From: Alphaproteobacteria bacterium UBA2903
Lineage (GTDB): Bacteria > Pseudomonadota > Alphaproteobacteria > CAAGCB01 > CAG-977
DNA: 64,000 nucleotides
Direction: 5' to 3'
NCBI GenBank assembly: GCA_002349565.1
Contig: DEDN01000030.1
Location: 9,184 to 73,183 of the forward strand
The position numbers and the translations under genes were made by a program. The notes below the pieces were generated by a model. The model saw only the letters and a list, made by a program, of their open reading frames with translations, was not told where the DNA came from and did no database searches. Position 1 is the first letter of the stretch, and each line of letters starts with the position of its first letter. Shown in pieces: positions 58,668 through 64,000 of the stretch.

Positions 58668-58706
58668 GACACAAAAACGGCGGGATGTTTGATGTCCCGC
58701 CGTTTC
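58668..58706 (-). terminator. Hairpin plus U-tract between tsf and pyrH (partial terminator/attenuator)
   Basis: It has a perfect 9-bp stem, cggcgggat/atcccgccg, with a 5-nt loop. On the minus strand it is followed by TTTTTGTG. Confidence 0.45.
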
Positions 58707-58713
58707 AAAAGTT

Positions 58714-59655
58714 TTACTTTCCGGCAGCAGCCGCGACTTCCGCAGCGAAGTCTTCCTCTTTCTTTTCGATGCCTTCACCCAAAGCAAAGCGGGCAAACGC
58801 TTTCAATTCGACGGGGGCGCCGACTTCTTTGGCGGCTTCCGCGACGATTTCTTTGACTTTCTTTTTGTCGTCCATAATGAAGAACTGTTCGTTCAAAACG
58901 ACTTCTTCATGGAATTTGCGGATGCGTCCGACAACCATTTTTTCGATGATTTCGGCGGGTTTGGATTTGCCCGTTTTCGCCTGTTCTTCTTTAATCTGCG
59001 CTTCGACAACGTTCTTTTCGCGTTCTTCCATTTCGGCGGGAACGTCGGCAACGTTCAAGCAGACGGGAGCGGCGGCGGCAACGTGCATCGCCAAGTTTTT
59101 CGCCAGTTTTTCCAAAGCGGCTTTGTCGCCCGTCGATTCCAAAGCGACCAGCGTGCCGATTTTGCCCAGACCGTCGGCAATCGCGCCGTGCATGTAGCCG
59201 ACGACGACACCGTCGTTGACGGACAGTTTTGCAACACGGCGCAGATTCATGTTTTCGCCGATTTTGGCAATCAGGTCGGTCAAAGCGGCGTGAACGTCTT
59301 TACCGTCTTCGTACGCGGCGGCTTTCAAAGCTTCGATGTCGCCGTTGCCCTGCAAAGCGATGTCGGCGGTTTTGGCGACGAACTGCTGGAACAATTCGTT
59401 TTTGGAAACGAAGTCGGTTTCGGAGTTGACTTCGACGACAACACCCTGTTTGCCGTCCGTTTTCATGGCAACCAAGCCCTGAGCGGCAACACGACCGGCT
59501 TTCTTTGCGGCGGTCGCCAAGCCTTTTTCACGCAGCCAGTCGACGGCTTTTTCAATGTCGCCGTTGGACGCGGTCAACGCTTTTTTGCAATCCATCATGC
59601 CTGCGCCGGATTTTTCGCGCAATTCTTTTACGGCGGCGGCGGTAATTTCAGCCAT
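58714..59655 (-). CDS. tsf: Elongation factor Ts
   Basis: It has MAEITAAAVKELREKSGAGMMDCKKAL and is 313 aa. Confidence 0.92.
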   Translation of the reverse strand: MAEITAAAVKELREKSGAGMMDCKKALTASNGDIEKAVDWLREKGLATAAKKAGRVAAQGLVAMKTDGKQGVVVEVNSETDFVSKNELFQQFVAKTADIALQGNGDIEALKAAAYEDGKDVHAALTDLIAKIGENMNLRRVAKLSVNDGVVVGYMHGAIADGLGKIGTLVALESTGDKAALEKLAKNLAMHVAAAAPVCLNVADVPAEMEEREKNVVEAQIKEEQAKTGKSKPAEIIEKMVVGRIRKFHEEVVLNEQFFIMDDKKKVKEIVAEAAKEVGAPVELKAFARFALGEGIEKKEEDFAAEVAAAAGK

Positions 59656-59740
59656 TTGAGTATTTTCCTTTCTGATAACTGATAGTTATAAAATAATGGC
59701 GGCAGAACAAAGCCACCGCCATTAGTCAAGCCTTTAAGAC

Positions 59741-60511
59741 TCAAGCGTCGGCTTTATCGGCGACTTCGACGTCTTCGACAACGGTTTCCTGAGCGCCCAA
59801 ATCAACGCCCGCGGCGGTCATTTCCGCCTGAATGCCGTCCAACACGGAACCCGCGATCAAATCGCAGTACATGTTGATGGCGCGGATGGCGTCGTCGTTG
59901 CCCGGAACGGGAAATTCAATGTCGTCGGGGTTCGAATTCGTATCGCAAATCGCGATGACGGGAATGCCCAAACGGCGCGCTTCGTTCAAAGCCAAGCCTT
60001 CTTTGACGGTGTCGATGACGAAAATCAAATCGGGACGACCGCCCATGTCTTTGATGCCGCCCAGCGAGCAGTCCAGTTTTTCACGTTCGCGTTCCAGATT
60101 CAGTTTTTCCTTTTTGGTCAAACCTTCCAGTTCGCCTTTTTCCTGCTTGGCATTGATTTCTTTCAAGCGGCGAATCGACTGTGAAACGGTTTTCCAGTTC
60201 GTCAGCGTGCCGCCCAGCCAGCGGTGGTTGACATAGTACTGACCGCAACGTTCGGCAGCTTCGCGAACAGCCTGCTGAGCCTGATTTTTCGTACCGACGA
60301 ACAAAACGCGGCCGCCGTTTGCGGCGACATCGCGCGCCGCCTGCATGGCGCGGTACAGCATCGGAACCGTCTGCTGCAAGTCGATAATGTGAACATTGTC
60401 GCGCGTGCCGAAAATGTACTGTTTCATTTTCGGATTCCAGCGGCGGGTGTTGTGACCAAAGTGAACGCCCGCTTCAATCAGCTGACGCATTGTGAATGTG
60501 GGAAGAGCCAT
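59741..60511 (-). CDS. rpsB: 30S ribosomal protein S2
   Basis: It has [22 protein letters not shown] and is 256 aa. Confidence 0.92.
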   Translation of the reverse strand: MALPTFTMRQLIEAGVHFGHNTRRWNPKMKQYIFGTRDNVHIIDLQQTVPMLYRAMQAARDVAANGGRVLFVGTKNQAQQAVREAAERCGQYYVNHRWLGGTLTNWKTVSQSIRRLKEINAKQEKGELEGLTKKEKLNLEREREKLDCSLGGIKDMGGRPDLIFVIDTVKEGLALNEARRLGIPVIAICDTNSNPDDIEFPVPGNDDAIRAINMYCDLIAGSVLDGIQAEMTAAGVDLGAQETVVEDVEVADKADA

Positions 60512-60519
60512 TTTATATC

Positions 60520-60600
60520 CTCTTTTTCCGGTTAAACCTCCGCGGGTTGTTGAGGCGGGAACCCTCCCGCCACCGGAGCGATTTTCCCCTTGCGAAGAAA
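60520..60600 (-). promoter_or_regulatory. Structured GC-rich 5' leader of rpsB (nested stems), candidate S2 autoregulatory element
   Basis: The sequence ctccg-cgggttgttga-ggcggga-accc-tcccgcc-ac-cggag forms nested perfect stems immediately upstream of the rpsB start. Confidence 0.35.
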
Positions 60601-60673
60601 TCCGCCTGTACCCGCGTGTGAAATCGGGTTGTTTTTACCCTGTTTTTTTTCCTTTTGCAAGCGTTTTTATCAT

Positions 60674-61420
60674 TCAGGCGTCATCTTTTACACGGACATA
60701 CAGATACGCCATAAACGCCGCCTGAAGCATCACGGACAGCAGTCCCGCAAACACCGCGAAAAAGTTGCTGAACATTTCCCCCGCAGGCAGAAAAAACACC
60801 ATCAGAAAGACAGCCGCGATCGGCAGCAAAGCGACCGCCAGATAAACCAGACACAGCGGAATCCCGCCTCTGCGCGACAGCCGCCAGCCGCGAACAAAAG
60901 CGGCATCGTCGCCCGCAACGCAGGCGGGAAAGCGCATGCATTGCCGAATCAGAAAATACGGAACCAGCATCAGCGTCAGCAGCACCGTCGCTTTGTCGGG
61001 AAAAGGCGGCAGAGAAGCCAGTTTTTGCATGGCGGTCAGCCCTCCCCATGCGCAAACGGCGGAAAACAGCAGCGAAACCGTCAAGCTTTTGAAAAACACG
61101 CCCGCAAACCGAAGCGCCGCTTTGGGCAGTTGCGGCGTCCAAAAAGCCTCTGCCGTCTTGTCGAAAAAAATCGCCAGCATCGTTCTGACCATCACCGCCA
61201 CTACCGCCGCGGCAAGCACCAGCAAAAACCCGCCGATGGCAAACGGATCCAAAACATACACAAACGCATCCTGTTCGTCCGGCTTCAAAAAAGGAAAAAA
61301 CCGGACCATTACCGTCAAAAACGCGGACGTTCCCGTCAAAACAGGCAAAAAACACTTCCACATTTCTTTGCCGGCAAAAAACGAAAGCGTGTTTTTCAAC
61401 GATTGCAATAAAGGAAACAT
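60674..61420 (-). CDS. Hypothetical polytopic membrane protein
   Basis: The 248-aa protein has hydrophobic helices (FAIGGFLLVLAAAVVAVMV, IPLCLVYLAVALLPIAAVFLMVFFL). The two other long ORFs overlapping this locus (60681..61451 minus, 60590..61411 plus) are Arg/Gly/Gln-rich and were judged spurious. Confidence 0.5.
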   Translation of the reverse strand: MFPLLQSLKNTLSFFAGKEMWKCFLPVLTGTSAFLTVMVRFFPFLKPDEQDAFVYVLDPFAIGGFLLVLAAAVVAVMVRTMLAIFFDKTAEAFWTPQLPKAALRFAGVFFKSLTVSLLFSAVCAWGGLTAMQKLASLPPFPDKATVLLTLMLVPYFLIRQCMRFPACVAGDDAAFVRGWRLSRRGGIPLCLVYLAVALLPIAAVFLMVFFLPAGEMFSNFFAVFAGLLSVMLQAAFMAYLYVRVKDDA

Positions 61421-61431
61421 AGTTTTCTCCT

Positions 61432-64000
61432 CTAAATCTCTCTGATTTCATTGACGCCTGGGCATTTGCGCAGTTCGGACATCACTTCGGCGGACAAAGC
61501 GTACGGCTTGTCCAACAGCACTTCGACATCCCAATCGTCAACCTGCACGACCACCCACACCTTTGTGCGTCCGAACGGCACATGCGCAAAGATGTCTTTG
61601 ACCTGCCCGACCGCTTCGGGTTTGTTGATGCACACCATCAGCCCGTCGGTCATTTTGGAAATCAATTCTTCCAGATTTTCGACGTTCTGGACAATCAGGC
61701 GCGGCGTTTCGGCATCCTCTTTCTTTTCCGCGGACACGCTGACCAGCAAAGGCTGCTGGGATTTCAGCAGATCGCGATACAAATTCAGCATTTCCGAAAA
61801 CGCCATCATTTCAAAGCCGCCCGTCGAATCGGACGCGGAAATGAAAGCGAACTTTGTTCCTTTCTGGCTGATTTTTTCGCGCACGGAATTGACGGTCAAG
61901 GCGATTTTGGCGCGTGTCTGCCCTGCTTTGGCGGCAATGCGGGCGGTTTCGGCGTACGTCATCGCGCGCAGACGTTCCAGAGCCGACGCGTACTTGTCCA
62001 GCGGATGCGCCGACAGGTAAAAACCGATAACCGACAATTCCGCCGCCAGTTTTTCGTCCAAGTTCCAATCTTTCGCGGGAGTCAAGGTTATCGGCGGATT
62101 TTCTTCGGTCGTTCCGCCGAACAGACTGATTTGCGAGCTGTTTTTTTCCTCGACCGCCGCTTTGGCATGCTGCATCAGGTTGGTCAGATTGGCAAACAGC
62201 AATCCGCGCCGTTTTTCGAAACAATCGAAAGTCCCCGCCTTGATCCACGCTTCCATCGATTTGCGGTCGAGGTTGCTGGCATCCACGCGGCGGATGAAAT
62301 CGGAAATGGATTTGTACGCCCCGTTTGCGTTGCGTTCGGCGACAACGGCGTTCGACGTCGCTTCGCCCGATCCCTTGACCGCCGACAAAGCATAGCGCAC
62401 AGCCCCGTTTTCGACCGAAAAGTGCTGAACCGATTGATTGATGTCGGGCGGCAGCAAAGGAATTCCCAAGCGTCCCAATTCGCGTTTGTACTGCGCCAGC
62501 TTGTCCGTGTTCTGCATATCGTAAGTCATGGTCGAAGCCATAAATTCGACGGGATAATGCGCTTTCAAATAAGCGGTTTGATACGTCACCAACGCGTACG
62601 CCGCGGCGTGGGATTTGTTGAACCCGTATTCGGCGAATTTCGCCATACGGTCGAAAATCATTTCGGCAAGGCTTTTTTCAATCCCGTTTTTCACGGAACC
62701 CGACACGAACTTTTCGCGTTCAAGGGGCAGTTTTTCCTTAATCTTTTTCCCCATGACCTTGCGCAAGCCGTCCGCGCCGCCCATCGTGTAGCCGCCCATT
62801 TTTTGGGCGATTTGCATGACTTGTTCCTGATAAATCATAATGCCGTAGGTTTCTTTGAGGATTCCTTCCAGCATGGGGTGCATATAGTCCGGTTCTTCCT
62901 GCCCTTTTTTACGGGAAATATAGCTCGGGATGTTGTCCATGGGTCCCGGGCGGTAAAGCGAGATGACCGCGATGATTTCCTCGAACGTCGTCGGCGCCAA
63001 ATCGCGCAGGACTTTGCGCATCCCCGTACTTTCCAGCTGGAACACGCCGTCCGTTTCAGCCCTTTGCAGCAAAGCGAACGTTTCGGGGTCCTCCAAAGAA
63101 ATTTCGGAGATGTTCAGCGGCTTCTGCCCCTGCTTGACAATGCGTTCGTTAACCATGTCGACGGCTTCTTTAATCACCGTCAGCGTTTTCAACCCCAAAA
63201 AGTCGAACTTAATCAAGCCCGTCGATTCGACGAACTTCATATTGTACTGTGTCACGGGCAATTCCGAACCCGAACCGATATCGCGAAACACAGGCACGAT
63301 TTGGTTCAGCGGCTTTTGCCCCACAACGACGCCTGCCGCATGGGTCGACGCGTTGCGGTACAGCCCCTCGAGCTTTTCAGCCAAGGAAAGCAGTCGGTCA
63401 ACGCCTGCATCATCCTTGCGCCAGCGGGCAAATTCGGGTTCGGAATCGTACGCGATTTGCAGCGTCATTTTCGGATCGGGCGGCACCATGCGCGCCAGCT
63501 TGTCGGCAACAAAGTCCATTTGCAGCACGCGCCCGACGTCGCGAATGACGACTTTCGCCTGCATTTGACCGAACGTGATGATTTGCGCCACGCGGTCATG
63601 CCCGTATTTGTTGCGGACGTATTCGATTGTTTCGCCGCGTCTGGTCTGGCAAAAGTCGACGTCGAAGTCGGGCATGTTCACGCGTTCGGGGTTCAAAAAG
63701 CGTTCAAACAGCAAATTGAACCGCAGCGGATCCAAATCCGTAATCGTCAAAGACCACGCCACGACCGACCCCGCGCCCGAACCGCGCCCTGGTCCGACGG
63801 GAATGCCGTGCGCTTTCGACCATGCGATAAAGTCAGAAACGATAAGGAAATAGCCCGAAAACTTCATTTTGATAATGACGGACAATTCGTATTCCAAACG
63901 GTCATAGTATTTCTGTCCCGCCTGTTTTTTGTCTTCGTCAGTCATATCGGGGGTGAAAACGTGGACTTCCAGTCGTTTGACCAGCCCCTCGCGCGCCCTT
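61432..64000 (-). CDS. dnaE: DNA polymerase III alpha subunit, C-terminal approximately 855 aa (5' end of gene lies beyond the window)
   Basis: It has PDFDVDFCQTRRGETIEYV and FNKSHAAAYALVTYQTAYLKAHYP. The frame is open through 64000 upstream of the first in-window Met (63945). Confidence 0.9.
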   Translation of the reverse strand, partial: RAREGLVKRLEVHVFTPDMTDEDKKQAGQKYYDRLEYELSVIIKMKFSGYFLIVSDFIAWSKAHGIPVGPGRGSGAGSVVAWSLTITDLDPLRFNLLFERFLNPERVNMPDFDVDFCQTRRGETIEYVRNKYGHDRVAQIITFGQMQAKVVIRDVGRVLQMDFVADKLARMVPPDPKMTLQIAYDSEPEFARWRKDDAGVDRLLSLAEKLEGLYRNASTHAAGVVVGQKPLNQIVPVFRDIGSGSELPVTQYNMKFVESTGLIKFDFLGLKTLTVIKEAVDMVNERIVKQGQKPLNISEISLEDPETFALLQRAETDGVFQLESTGMRKVLRDLAPTTFEEIIAVISLYRPGPMDNIPSYISRKKGQEEPDYMHPMLEGILKETYGIMIYQEQVMQIAQKMGGYTMGGADGLRKVMGKKIKEKLPLEREKFVSGSVKNGIEKSLAEMIFDRMAKFAEYGFNKSHAAAYALVTYQTAYLKAHYPVEFMASTMTYDMQNTDKLAQYKRELGRLGIPLLPPDINQSVQHFSVENGAVRYALSAVKGSGEATSNAVVAERNANGAYKSISDFIRRVDASNLDRKSMEAWIKAGTFDCFEKRRGLLFANLTNLMQHAKAAVEEKNSSQISLFGGTTEENPPITLTPAKDWNLDEKLAAELSVIGFYLSAHPLDKYASALERLRAMTYAETARIAAKAGQTRAKIALTVNSVREKISQKGTKFAFISASDSTGGFEMMAFSEMLNLYRDLLKSQQPLLVSVSAEKKEDAETPRLIVQNVENLEELISKMTDGLMVCINKPEAVGQVKDIFAHVPFGRTKVWVVVQVDDWDVEVLLDKPYALSAEVMSELRKCPGVNEIREI

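Noticed and set aside
60590-61451. Two additional long ORFs (plus-strand 273 aa, minus-strand alternate frame 256 aa) overlapping the membrane-protein gene 60674..61420
   Set aside because: They are Arg/Lys/Gln- and Arg/Gly-rich with no hydrophobic periodicity. The 248-aa frame gives a plausible multi-TM protein.
1-64000. CRISPR arrays, IS elements/transposases, integrases, prophage genes, Neisseria-type DNA uptake sequences
   Set aside because: I scanned for regularly spaced direct repeats, terminal inverted repeats flanking transposase-like ORFs, and GCCGTCTGAA/TTCAGACGGC. None were found.

Overview
This is a 64-kb chromosomal segment of about 55% GC with roughly 60 protein-coding genes. 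It is most likely from an alphaproteobacterium. The evidence is ribosomal proteins S9 and L13 with alphaproteobacterial-type extensions, an LpxI-type (not LpxH) lipid A pathway, a short-form MetRS without the C-terminal tRNA-binding domain, and the Bpt arginyltransferase. I could not detect the Neisseria DUS.

The core content, in order, is xthA, a CorC/HlyC-family transporter, a HAD hydrolase, a LysM-M23 lipoprotein, pepN, ybaK, a DsbD-family reductase, yqgE and metG. It continues with a MoxR-DUF58-DUF4381 triad, bpt, yjbQ, ppa, rplM-rpsI, malQ, cysS-gltX-nadE, a PfkB sugar kinase, class II DAHP synthase, glmU-glmS, gph and apbC. The segment ends with the conserved cluster rpsB-tsf-pyrH-frr-uppS-cdsA-dxr-rseP-bamA-skp-lpxD-fabZ-lpxA-lpxI-lpxB, a membrane protein and a 5'-truncated dnaE running off the window end.

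The accessory and unusual content is as follows:
- A roughly 1016-aa autotransporter is split by a +1/-1 frameshift inside a T7/A7 homopolymer. A decayed paralogous beta-barrel remnant lies 20 kb away.
- A DUF3800 gene and a polytopic membrane protein are stacked directly upstream of the MoxR operon.
- An orphan coiled-coil/2-TM protein sits between the ribosomal operon and malQ.
- An acidic membrane-anchored protein is translationally coupled to a 604-aa polytopic membrane protein.
- NadE appears to have a dead glutaminase triad.
- malQ and dsbD both carry large terminal extensions.

I found no rRNA, tRNA, CRISPR, transposase or integrase. Hand-derived coordinates of the non-CDS features may be off by about 1 nt.
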